A DNA stretch of 64,000 nucleotides, from the NCBI GenBank assembly GCA_965204725.1, contig OZ242005.1:3520001-3584000 (forward strand), in the 5' to 3' direction. Positions 29,001 through 37,016 of this stretch are shown piece by piece. Positions within the stretch are counted from its first letter, which is position 1, and every line of letters starts with the position of its first letter. This DNA is from Candidatus Latescibacterota bacterium. Lineage in GTDB: Bacteria; Latescibacterota; UBA2968; UBA8231. The translations under genes were made by a program, and so were the position numbers. A model generated the notes under the pieces. The model made no database searches. It was not told where the DNA came from and saw only the letters and a list, made by a program, of their open reading frames with translations.

Positions 29001-29902
29001 TTGTCCAACGCGCCGCGCCGCAGGGCCGGCCCTAGCGCGACCCGCGCGACGTTTTTGACGTAAATCGGGACGTTGTTCCGCGCTTTAATGACGGCGTTTT
29101 CAAGGTCGGCTAGTCCTTTGACAAAGCCGATGCCGCGGATGACGTACTCGGCTCGATTCAACTCGACCGTGCGCGCCCCCACGTCTCGGTTGGACATGCG
29201 CACCGCGTGGAAGACCTCGTCGAGCTGCACCCCATAGGCGCGCAGCGCGTCTGGGTTGACGTCGATTTGGTATTCCTGCACGAACCCGCCCACGGACGCC
29301 ACTTCGCTGACCCCCTCGGCCGCCAACAGAGCATAGCGCACCTGCCAGTCCTGAATGCGGCGCAGCTCGTGCAGATCCCAGCCGCCGGTGGGCGCGCCCT
29401 GTTCGTCGCGGCCTTCTAAGGTGTACCAGAACACTTGCCCCAAGGCCGTTGCGTCCGGTCCTAGGGCCGGCTGGACGCCCTCGGGCAGGAGGCCGGCCGA
29501 CAGGCTGTTGAGTTTCTCGAGGATGCGGGAACGCGACCAATAAAAATCAACCTCTTCGGCAAAAATTACATAAATGCTCGAAAAGCCAAACATCGAGAAG
29601 CTGCGGATCGTCTCGACGCCCGGGACGCCCAAAAGCGCCGTGGTCAGCGGGTAGGTCACCTGATCTTCCACGTCTTGCGGCGAGCGACCCGGCCACTCGC
29701 TGAAGACGATCTGTTGGTTCTCGCCGATGTCTGGAATCGCATCTACGGGCACGGGGTCGCGCGGCAGCCATGCCAGTTCCCAAGTAAAGGGGGCGACCGC
29801 AAGGCCCCAAGCCACGAGGCCGACCAACATGAGCGCGGCGACCAATTTGCGCGTGAGAAAGAAGCGCACCACGCGGTCGAGCAGCGAGTTTTGCCCTGCC
29901 AT
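26042..29902 (-). CDS. cusA: CusA/SilA heavy-metal efflux RND permease
   Basis: PVDAIPDIGENQ, GIAIAIGTMVD, EFMPPLDEG, LWMPTTMP and RRIRPCLMT. Confidence 0.92.
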   Translation of the reverse strand: MAGQNSLLDRVVRFFLTRKLVAALMLVGLVAWGLAVAPFTWELAWLPRDPVPVDAIPDIGENQQIVFSEWPGRSPQDVEDQVTYPLTTALLGVPGVETIRSFSMFGFSSIYVIFAEEVDFYWSRSRILEKLNSLSAGLLPEGVQPALGPDATALGQVFWYTLEGRDEQGAPTGGWDLHELRRIQDWQVRYALLAAEGVSEVASVGGFVQEYQIDVNPDALRAYGVQLDEVFHAVRMSNRDVGARTVELNRAEYVIRGIGFVKGLADLENAVIKARNNVPIYVKNVARVALGPALRRGALDKEGAEVVGGVVVARFGTNPLAAIESVKAKIAEIAPSLPQKTLPDGRVSQVQVIPFYDRSGLIEETLGTLERALSEEVLVTVIVVLVLVMNLRGAALVSGLLPLAVLACFAAMKVFGVEANIVALSGIAIAIGTMVDMGIVISENILKHLEDADAEDDRLEVVFRATREVGGAVLTAVLTTVVGFLPVFAMEGAEGKLFAPLAFTKTFALLAAVWLSLTVLPALAHCAFAVRLSRWAPGLWAVCGLGVALVLSKWIGLLLIAIGTYHLLAARVPERVRLWVARGAIAAAACGVVVVLAEHWLPLGPEKGGWRNFLFAAGLIGGLLALFRVLQVAFPRVLRWCLDHKGLALLFPLLLLLAGASAWLGFARVFGVVPPSLRNTAPFMALAEALPGLGKEFMPPLDEGSFLWMPTTMPHASIGEVLDVLQKQNAAIAQIPEVESAVGKLGRAETPLDPAPISMIETIVNYRAEYLTDEAGRRLLFAFDERVPDLFRAPDGTPAPAPDGAPYTVPGRYLRDEAGRLVPNADGRPFRLWRPPLDLALNPGRAAWPGIQGPDDIWAAIARAGQIPGSTSAPKLQPIAARLVMLQSGMRAPMGIEIKGPSLEAIERAGLVLERLLKEVPAVEAATVNADRIIGKPYLEIHIDREAIARHGIPLQKVQDVIEIAIGGKRVTTTVEGRERYPVRVRYLRELRDSVEELVRILVPAPDGAQIPLGELAEIRYVRGPQVIKSEDTFLLGYVLFDKKPGYAEVDVVEACRAHLASKRASGDLVLETGVSYTFAGSYENQLRAQKKLNVLLPLALATIFLILYFQFGNAVTALMVFSGVAVAWAGGFAMLWLYGQEWFLDCSVFGTEMRALFHIRPLNLSVAVWVGFLALFGIASDNGVIAATYLGQVFRAQKPATVEAMRRAALAAGVRRIRPCLMTAATTILALIPVLTASGRGADLMLPMAIPTFGGMIAVVLTAPIVPVLYCAVEEWKLRFKRARW

Positions 29903-31353
29903 CAGTGGCCTCCGTGGTGGTGCTCGGGCGCGGAGGACGCGCTGCCTGCTGGATACATCGCACTGGGCTGGGCGCGAATCTGGAGGGCGCTGTCAATTTT
30001 GAACGCGCCGTTGACTACGACTTGCTCGCCCTCGCGCAGGCCCTCGCGAACCAAGTAGTAATCCCCCGCCCGCGGCCCGAGCACGACCTCGCGGCCCTCG
30101 TATAGGCCCTCGCCGAGCGCGACGTACACCACGGCGCGTTTGCCCGTCAGCAGCGGCACCGAAGCGGGCACCACCAGCGGCTGCTCGCGCCCCGTCTCAT
30201 CGCCAGTGCCATAGCCTAGCTCTTCGGCGCGGACTAGATCCATGCCGCAAATGTCGCAGGTGCCCGGCTCGTCGCGGACGATTTCTGGATGCATCGGGCT
30301 GATCCATTTGCCAACGAGGGCGGCAGACAGGGCGCGCCCGTTGGCCCCCACCTCGGCTTGGGCCACGGCCCACACCAGCATCCCCGGCTTCAGCCGACCT
30401 TGCTCGTTGGCCACGTTGACCCGCACGCGCACCGTGCGCGTGCGCTCGTCAAGCACTGGATCGACGAAGGATATTTGGCCGGTGAACACCTCGCCCGGAT
30501 AGGCTTGGGTTGAAAATTCGACGGCCTGACCGTAGTGGATCCAAGACAGGTCCGACTCGTAGGCGCGCAGCTCTAGCCACAGCCGCGACAAGTCCGCGAT
30601 GGTGTAAATCGGCGTCCCGGTCTGCACGTACGCGCCCTCGCTGAGATGCTTTTCGATGACCACGCCGCCAGTGGGCGCGTAGATCGTCAGATGGTCGGAG
30701 GCGCGGCCGGTGTGCTCAACGCGCTCGATTTGCTCCTCCTTCAGCCCGAGCAAGCGCAGCTTTTCGCGCGCGGCCGCAACCAGCACCGGCTGCCCAACCG
30801 CCGCGCCGCTGTCAACCAATCGCTCGCGGGCGCGCAGGGCCTGAATAAGCTCCTCTTGGGCGGTCAACAACTCAGGACTGTACAGATAGGCTATGTGGTC
30901 GCCCTCTTCGACTCGCACGCCCGTATAGTCCACGTACAGCCGGTCGATCCGGCCCGCTACCCAAGCGGTGATGGAGCGAACTTGCGTCTCATCAACCGCG
31001 ATCTTGCCGACCATCCGCGTCTCGACCGGCGCGGCGCGGCGCTCGACCGGCGCGGTCTGGATGCTGGCAAGCTGCTCGGCGGCCGGCGAGAGGCGCGACT
31101 GGCGCGGCCCCAAGGAGTCGCCAACCTCGGGCGCGGTCACTCGGATTAGGTCCATCCCGCAGATTGGGCACTGACTCGGCCCGGGCTGGCGGATCTGCGG
31201 GTGCATTGAGCAGGTCCACGTTTCGGCCTGCTCGGCAACGGCCGCTGGGGCGCGGTCGCTCGGTGTATCCGAGCCGCCCAAACCCCAGCCCACGGCCAAG
31301 CCGACGATCCCGGCCGCGATGCCGGTCGCTATTATTTGCTTTGTCGCTTTCAT
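29902..31353 (-). CDS. cusB: CusB-type periplasmic adaptor with two heavy-metal-binding domains
   Basis: CSMHPQI...CPICGMDL and SPMHPEI...CDICGMDL; YSPELLTAQEE; His-rich tail. Confidence 0.9.
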   Translation of the reverse strand: MKATKQIIATGIAAGIVGLAVGWGLGGSDTPSDRAPAAVAEQAETWTCSMHPQIRQPGPSQCPICGMDLIRVTAPEVGDSLGPRQSRLSPAAEQLASIQTAPVERRAAPVETRMVGKIAVDETQVRSITAWVAGRIDRLYVDYTGVRVEEGDHIAYLYSPELLTAQEELIQALRARERLVDSGAAVGQPVLVAAAREKLRLLGLKEEQIERVEHTGRASDHLTIYAPTGGVVIEKHLSEGAYVQTGTPIYTIADLSRLWLELRAYESDLSWIHYGQAVEFSTQAYPGEVFTGQISFVDPVLDERTRTVRVRVNVANEQGRLKPGMLVWAVAQAEVGANGRALSAALVGKWISPMHPEIVRDEPGTCDICGMDLVRAEELGYGTGDETGREQPLVVPASVPLLTGKRAVVYVALGEGLYEGREVVLGPRAGDYYLVREGLREGEQVVVNGAFKIDSALQIRAQPSAMYPAGSASSAPEHHHGGH

Positions 31354-32612
31354 GGTTGGATTTCCTCTGTGGTTGCAAGCTCGCCGACCAGCTTTTCAAT
31401 CTCGGCCCAATGCAGGGCTTGGTCGGTGTGTGCGCGTTCGTACGCGAGCTGGAACGCGAGCAGGGTGCGTTGGGCGTCGATGACCGCGAGAAAATCGCTG
31501 CGGCCAGCGGCAAAGGCGCGTTGCGTTACGCTGAGCATAAGCTCGGCCTTGGGCAGCAGGCTGTCTTGGTAGAGCGCCCTGCGACTTTGGGCGTCGCGCT
31601 GCTTGTACAAGGCCAACTCTAGCTCGGCAACGAGCCTATTCTCCTCGTCCGCAAGGCCCTGCAAAGCGGCTTGATGGCTCAGCTTAGCCGCACGTTTTCC
31701 CTCCTCGTAGGCCGAGCGCCACAAGGGCAGGTTGACCGTCGCCATGGCGATCAGGGGATTCTCGCCGCGGTCACCGATGTGGATGTAATCGAGACTCACG
31801 GTCAAGTTTGGGTAGAACCGCTTGCCGGCCAATTCAACGCCTAGGGACTGCGCCCGCGCTTGCGCTTGCCGCGCTTGCCGCGTTGGGTTTGCGGCCAGCA
31901 AGCGGCCCTTTAGCTCTTCCTCGTCGAGGGCCAACGCGGCCATGGGCAGCGAGTCGGGCACGGCTATCGGGGCGGTCGCCGCGCGGCCGAGTGCCGCATT
32001 TAAGCGGGCCGAGGCCGGACGCCGCTGCTGACGCAGGCTGCGTAGCCGATCCGCTAAGCGGCCCAATTCCACCTGTGCCTTGAGCACGGCCGCGTGTTCC
32101 CCGGTGCCGCCGCGATAGCGGGTGCGGCCTACCTCTTCTAGATGCGACAACAGGCGCACGTTGCTCTCGGTGACGGCGATGGCTCGCTCCAAAAAGTAGC
32201 AGTCGTAGTACGCGGCCTTGACCGCAAAGACCAGCGACCGCCGCGCCGCCTCATAGCGTTGGCCCTCAACTTCGGCTTCTTGCTCGGCGATTTGTCCCTT
32301 GAGGTTCAACGTGCCCTTCCAAGGGAAGGTTTGCGCCGCACTCACGCGCATTTCTTGCGGGCCGGTGCGCGTCTCCACCGGGCGTGCGAAATAGCCGTAG
32401 GTCAGGCGGGGGTCGGCCCAAGCACTCGCCGGGGCCACCTTGGCTAGGGCGGCTTGATAGTGCGCCAAAGCCTGCTTGAGCTTGGGGTTGTGCTGTTCAG
32501 CATAGCGCACATACTCCGCGAGCTCGGCTCGGGGGTCGAGCACTGCTTCCTGCGACCAAACTGGTATTGCAAGCAGACCCGCTAGCAGCAGGGCCGTTCT
32601 ATTTTTGTACAT
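31350..32612 (-). CDS. TolC/CusC family outer-membrane efflux protein
   Basis: Signal peptide; AEQHNP, QTFPWKG, YP and DFLAVIDAQR; operon position. Confidence 0.88.
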   Translation of the reverse strand: MYKNRTALLLAGLLAIPVWSQEAVLDPRAELAEYVRYAEQHNPKLKQALAHYQAALAKVAPASAWADPRLTYGYFARPVETRTGPQEMRVSAAQTFPWKGTLNLKGQIAEQEAEVEGQRYEAARRSLVFAVKAAYYDCYFLERAIAVTESNVRLLSHLEEVGRTRYRGGTGEHAAVLKAQVELGRLADRLRSLRQQRRPASARLNAALGRAATAPIAVPDSLPMAALALDEEELKGRLLAANPTRQARQAQARAQSLGVELAGKRFYPNLTVSLDYIHIGDRGENPLIAMATVNLPLWRSAYEEGKRAAKLSHQAALQGLADEENRLVAELELALYKQRDAQSRRALYQDSLLPKAELMLSVTQRAFAAGRSDFLAVIDAQRTLLAFQLAYERAHTDQALHWAEIEKLVGELATTEEIQP

Positions 32613-32680
32613 GCAAATACTCCTCGCCGCACGGGGCCGGGATCACGTATAGGCAGGCCCCCGCAAATTGAGTGGTAGAC

Positions 32681-32761
32681 TCCGTCATTCCCGCGAACGC
32701 GGGAATCCAGCCGGTATCGTCTATACACAAGAGACGACCACCAGAGTCTTCAGACCGCTTC
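32681..32761. repeat. Partial copy of the MITE at 40876-41010, containing the GTCATTCCCGCGAACGCGGGAATCC hairpin
   Basis: 81 bp aligning to 40930-41010 (8 mismatches by eye); both copies followed by TTAG. Confidence 0.85.
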
Positions 32762-32787
32762 TTAGGACAAACTCGGTGCGGCGAGAA

Positions 32788-33144
32788 TCAGATCAGGAAG
32801 GAACAGTAGAGCTGGAAGAGCGGGGGATGGAGTTGGGGAATGCGGTTGGGCAGCGACTCCAGTGCCGACGAGCGAGGTGGGGCAGGAGCGGTCGCCGCCA
32901 TGCCGCCTGAGGGCATAGCGGCAGACGGCGGCTCGGCTGGGGGGACGAACTGAGAGGACGCGCTGTTGGATTCAGTACGCAGACAGCAACAACCCGTTTG
33001 CATGCCGACGTCGCCGCAAGCATTGGCGACGTGGCAGGGCATGGGGGCGGCCTCTGCGACCGGAGCGCAGAGGACCTGCAAGCCGCTACAGGCGAGGGCC
33101 AGCAGCAGGGCTAAAGACGTGGTTACGGGACGCAGGTTTTTCAT
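32788..33144 (-). CDS. Small exported Cys/His-rich protein upstream of the metal-efflux operon
   Basis: Hydrophobic N-terminus, MPCH...C...GCCC, Pro-rich linker, C-terminal PPLFQLYCSFLI. Confidence 0.65.
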   Translation of the reverse strand: MKNLRPVTTSLALLLALACSGLQVLCAPVAEAAPMPCHVANACGDVGMQTGCCCLRTESNSASSQFVPPAEPPSAAMPSGGMAATAPAPPRSSALESLPNRIPQLHPPLFQLYCSFLI

Positions 33145-33205
33145 GGTAATCAATCGAGTACGCAGATAGACGACTGCCAACACAAAAAAGTTTCAACTGA
33201 GTCCG

Positions 33206-33922
33206 CTACTTGGGCACCATCTTGCGGACGCCGCGCTCGTACACCACTTCGTACTCGCCCTCCGGCACCGCCATGCCGCGCACGGCTAGCTCGCCCATCG
33301 TCACCAGCGGCTCGGACGCCAGCAGCAACTCGTCAAACGACTCTTCGGGCGTCTTGCCGGTGGTGTCTAAGACGACCGTGCGGTTTTGGTGGGTAAACAG
33401 CGATGCGGCGATCTCCGCTTCAAAGTCCGCTTTGACCTCGGCGATGTGCTCGCGGCGCACAACCGGATATTCGTGCGGGCTGTCCTGCATCCGCCGAGCG
33501 ATCTCCTCGTCCGAGGCCGTTACGTGGAACAGCACCACATCCGGCAGATGGGCCTCTAACACCAAAGACTCGTAGAGACGCTGGAAGCCGTAGTGGAAGT
33601 TCGGGTAGTAAAAGCTGTGCGGGTCGTCGCCGTAAAAGCGCGTGTACACAGCCTCCTCTAAGTGCCAGCCGACGATCAGCGGACAGGCGTACTTTTTGAT
33701 GATTTCTACGTGATAGTGGATTTGCATCCGCTGCCCGCGCTCCTTCACGTCGTTGGGTAGGCCGAGCATGAGCTCGCGCGACGCCGGGCTGAGCGAGGCG
33801 TCGGGGATGGTGAAGTGATCGTCGGTGTGGATGGGGACGCGGCGGTGCCGGTAGTATTTCCCGAGCATGGTGGCCAGCGTACTTTTCCCCGCGTATTCAA
33901 TGCCTGCGAAAATGCTGCGCAT
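33206..33922 (-). CDS. P-loop NMP-kinase-like protein
   Basis: N-terminal FAGIEYAGKST Walker A; LPDVVLFHVTAS...RR lid; LDTTGKTPEES. Confidence 0.6.
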   Translation of the reverse strand: MRSIFAGIEYAGKSTLATMLGKYYRHRRVPIHTDDHFTIPDASLSPASRELMLGLPNDVKERGQRMQIHYHVEIIKKYACPLIVGWHLEEAVYTRFYGDDPHSFYYPNFHYGFQRLYESLVLEAHLPDVVLFHVTASDEEIARRMQDSPHEYPVVRREHIAEVKADFEAEIAASLFTHQNRTVVLDTTGKTPEESFDELLLASEPLVTMGELAVRGMAVPEGEYEVVYERGVRKMVPK

Positions 33923-34011
33923 TCTATTCTCCCTCCGGGCTTTTCAAGACGGCGTTGTCGGATATATTGTCAAAGGTAAGTCGCCGCACACCCTCCAGCA
34001 AACGCCCGCTT

Positions 34012-35028
34012 ATGCCCGCTCGCTCAGCCAAAATCGGCGTCCTCGTCGCTCAGCTCGGCACGCCGCAAGCACCCACCGCCCGCGCCCTGCGGCCCTATCT
34101 GCGCCAATTTCTCTCCGACCCGCGCGTCATCGACCTCCACCCTCTCAAGTGGTATCCCATTCTCTATCTTTTGGTCCTCACCCGCCGACCCGCGCGCTCG
34201 GCCGCCCTGTACGCCAATATCTGGACCGACGAAGGCTCGCCGCTCATGGTCCATTCCCAAGCGCAAACCCGCGGCTTGCAAGAGCGGTTGGGCGCGGCCT
34301 ATCGGGTCGTGCTCGGCATGCGCTACGGCGAGCCGAGCATTGCCCGCGCGGTACAGTCCCTAGAGCGGGAAGGCGTCGAGCGCATCCTCGTCTTTCCCAT
34401 GTACCCGCAGTTTTCCTGCGCCACCACCGGCTCGATCTACGACGCGGTCACCCGCGCGGCCTTGGGCCGGCGCTGTCCGTGGTTTTTTGACCGCAAACGT
34501 CAGATGCCTGCCCTGCGCTTCGTCCCGCCCTACGCAGACCATCCCGCGTACATCAACGCGCTCAAACAATCGGTCGCCGAAGCGGTCGCCCGCCTCCGTT
34601 GGACCCCCGACCGCTACCTAATCACCTTCCACGGCATTCCCCAGCGCTACGTCGATGAAGGCGACCCTTACCGCCGCCAGTGCGAGGAAACTGCGCGGCT
34701 GCTAGCCACAGCCCTTGGGTTGGCAGACGACGAGTGGACCAACGGCTTCCAATCGCGCTTTGGCAAAGAGCCTTGGCTAGAGCCTTATACCGAGGATGTG
34801 CTGGCGCGTCTCGGGGGGCAAGGCGTGCGCCGCTTAGTCGCCGTCTGCCCCGGCTTCACCGCCGACTGCCTCGAGACGCTCGACGAAATTGGCCGCGAAG
34901 GGGCCGAGCTGTTTTCCCACGGCGGCGGTCAACAGTTCCACTTAGTACCCTGCCTCAACGACCACCCGGCCTGGCTCGACGCCATGGCAGCCATCGCCCG
35001 CCAAGAACTGGCCGGCTGGGATGCCTGA
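34012..35028 (+). CDS. hemH: Ferrochelatase
   Basis: GVLVAQLGTP, FLSDPRVI, GMRYGEPSI, FHGIP, FQSRFG and GFTADCLETLDEI. Confidence 0.95.
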   Translation: MPARSAKIGVLVAQLGTPQAPTARALRPYLRQFLSDPRVIDLHPLKWYPILYLLVLTRRPARSAALYANIWTDEGSPLMVHSQAQTRGLQERLGAAYRVVLGMRYGEPSIARAVQSLEREGVERILVFPMYPQFSCATTGSIYDAVTRAALGRRCPWFFDRKRQMPALRFVPPYADHPAYINALKQSVAEAVARLRWTPDRYLITFHGIPQRYVDEGDPYRRQCEETARLLATALGLADDEWTNGFQSRFGKEPWLEPYTEDVLARLGGQGVRRLVAVCPGFTADCLETLDEIGREGAELFSHGGGQQFHLVPCLNDHPAWLDAMAAIARQELAGWDA

Positions 35029-35046
35029 CGGCAAGGGGTCATTTGC

Positions 35047-35076
35047 TTGACAATCCTGAGTTTTTTTTGTCATACT
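35047..35076 (+). promoter_or_regulatory. Sigma70-type promoter TTGACA-N18-CATACT
   Basis: Near-consensus hexamers ending 15 nt upstream of the ATG at 35092. Confidence 0.55.
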
Positions 35077-35091
35077 TAGCGCGGCTCTGCT

Positions 35092-36201
35092 ATGGACAAG
35101 CTACCCCCCGCACTCGAACGCAAACTCATCCGGCTCGGCACTCATCTCATTGACCAAAAGCGCGGCCGGCGCATCGTCGAGCCGACCAAAAACCGCGATG
35201 GCTTCTGGTTTGGCGGCGGCAACACAGTGCGCGACCCCAGCGATGGTAGCCTCTGGCTCATAGGCCGCTATCGCGACGCCGGCGACAGCCGCACCGGGCT
35301 GACCGCAGGGACCCGAGGCCGCGCCCTAGCCCTCTTTCGCTCGACGGACCATGGACGGAGCTTTGCTGAGGTTCGCACTTGGGACAAATCCGATCTCTAC
35401 TGCAACTCGACCGTGCTCAGCATTGAAGGCAGTGCGCTGCGCCTCAACAAACGCCGCGTTCAAGTGCTGGTCTCCACCGAAAAGGTTCGCCTTTACCCAC
35501 GGCCCGTCGCTGCTTTTCAGAAGCCGGGCACCGGCGTCTGGAGCATTGACACCTTCTCCGCCTCCTCCATGGACCGGCTCGACCCCCAGCAGTCGATTGC
35601 CCCGCTGCTGACCAGCGATGACCCAGCCTATCTACACCTCAAAGACCCCAACCTCTCGACCGGAATGGGCCGGCAGCCTCTGCTGCTGTATTGCGCCCAC
35701 CCGTACACTTGGTCTGCGAGCACTTCGGGCCGTGGCGTACTCACGGGTCAGTCGGGCGAAAGCCACGACCACGATTTCTTTCCCCGCGGCCCCACCTGGG
35801 ATGTGGCTGCCTCGCGCGTCACCTGCCGTCTGCCCGTGCCCAAAGTGGGCGCATTCGCTTGTTTGCCCTCGCTCTCGCTCTATTTCTACGACGGGGCCGA
35901 GTCCATGCGTCCACTCAAAGCGCATGCAAGGGGGGTAGCTCGACCGCGCGGGTACTCCTGCGAGGAATTGGGCGGCTTGGCCTATGGCTTCGATCGCCAG
36001 TTTCCGCGCCTCCACCGCCTCAGCCGCCTCGAGCCGCTCTTCGTCTCGCCGGAAGGCACTGGCTGCTCGCGCTACGCATCCGTGCTGACCGAAGCGGACG
36101 GAGGGCTTTTCGCCACTTGGCAGCGCTCAACCTCCACTCGCTCGCAGCCGCTTTTCGGCCACCGGCTCACACCAGCGCGAGTCGAGTCCCTGCTCTCTTG
36201 A
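35092..36201 (+). CDS. Hypothetical protein, possible beta-propeller (sialidase-like Asp-box)
   Basis: One Asp-box STDHGRSF, KDP motif, beta-rich sequence. Confidence 0.5.
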   Translation: MDKLPPALERKLIRLGTHLIDQKRGRRIVEPTKNRDGFWFGGGNTVRDPSDGSLWLIGRYRDAGDSRTGLTAGTRGRALALFRSTDHGRSFAEVRTWDKSDLYCNSTVLSIEGSALRLNKRRVQVLVSTEKVRLYPRPVAAFQKPGTGVWSIDTFSASSMDRLDPQQSIAPLLTSDDPAYLHLKDPNLSTGMGRQPLLLYCAHPYTWSASTSGRGVLTGQSGESHDHDFFPRGPTWDVAASRVTCRLPVPKVGAFACLPSLSLYFYDGAESMRPLKAHARGVARPRGYSCEELGGLAYGFDRQFPRLHRLSRLEPLFVSPEGTGCSRYASVLTEADGGLFATWQRSTSTRSQPLFGHRLTPARVESLLS

Positions 36202-36266
36202 AATTTTTAGCTGTATGTGTACAGAGTTGTCTCTTGAGTCAACGGAGCAATCCCTAGCAGCACGTT

Positions 36267-36404
36267 TTACTTTGAACGCCTAGGTTTTGGTGCGGGCGGC
36301 TTCTTTGAGGGAGGCTTTCGGGGTGGCGGTGGCTTAGGCGGTGGCGGGCGCGAAGGGCGCGGTGGCTGACTTCCTATAATTGAATCTTCTCTAGGTCTGT
36401 GCAT
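36267..36404 (-). CDS. Possible 45-aa Pro/Lys-rich peptide
   Basis: MHRPREDSIIGSQPPRPSRPPPPKPPPPRKPPSKKPPAPKPRRSK; start overlaps the end of the upstream gene. Confidence 0.35.
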   Translation of the reverse strand: MHRPREDSIIGSQPPRPSRPPPPKPPPPRKPPSKKPPAPKPRRSK

Positions 36405-36885
36405 AGTATCCTTGAATGGTTTCGTAGGCCGCTTTCGTCGCCTTTTCATGGATGCGTTTATGCTCTGAAATACCGCACAGAGTCGCCCATTCCGTCACGT
36501 CTGTCATATCGTCTCTCAGATGGCGAAATTTCTCTTCTAGGGCATCCTCTGCCAAAAGCTCTTCTCGTTCTACCTCATTCCACAAATCGCGCCACTGGTT
36601 CAGCATTCTATCGCATCGGACACAGATGATCCCAAGCAGTGCTGCCTTTTTCTCGTAGTTCATAACGGCATCCCAAACAACGGCTCCAGCTAAGAAAGCC
36701 GCTACGATGAGGTTGATCCATTCGGGAAGGCTTTCCACGAATGCCGTTATGCCGGTCATGCAGAACAGAAGAATAGCCCCCCGGAGAATCCAACGGCATC
36801 TATTGTAATATCGGGCCAGATCGCCATAATACCGGACTAGTCGTTCTGCGTCCACTAGCTGATTCCAAATTTCATCGCGCAGCAT
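36391..36885 (-). CDS. Two-TM SLATT-like membrane protein
   Basis: N-terminal helix, two closely spaced TM segments, charged helical tail; AT-richer than its neighbours. Confidence 0.55.
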   Translation of the reverse strand: MLRDEIWNQLVDAERLVRYYGDLARYYNRCRWILRGAILLFCMTGITAFVESLPEWINLIVAAFLAGAVVWDAVMNYEKKAALLGIICVRCDRMLNQWRDLWNEVEREELLAEDALEEKFRHLRDDMTDVTEWATLCGISEHKRIHEKATKAAYETIQGYYAQT

Positions 36886-36903
36886 ATCAGACCTGCTTTA
36901 CTA

Positions 36904-36964
36904 GGTAGTCTTGCGGTAGTCTTGCAGCTATTGGAAGGTACAGAACGAGATAGAAACCTGTCAA
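36904..36964 (-). promoter_or_regulatory. Promoter TTGACA-N18-TACCTT followed by an 11-bp tandem repeat
   Basis: Hexamers at 36964-36959 and 36940-36935; GGTAGTCTTGC x2 at 36904-36925. Confidence 0.5.
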
Positions 36965-37016
36965 CGGAGTCATAACTTGTTGGCCGCCGTTGGGGTAGAG
37001 GGACGCCATGCCGCGG

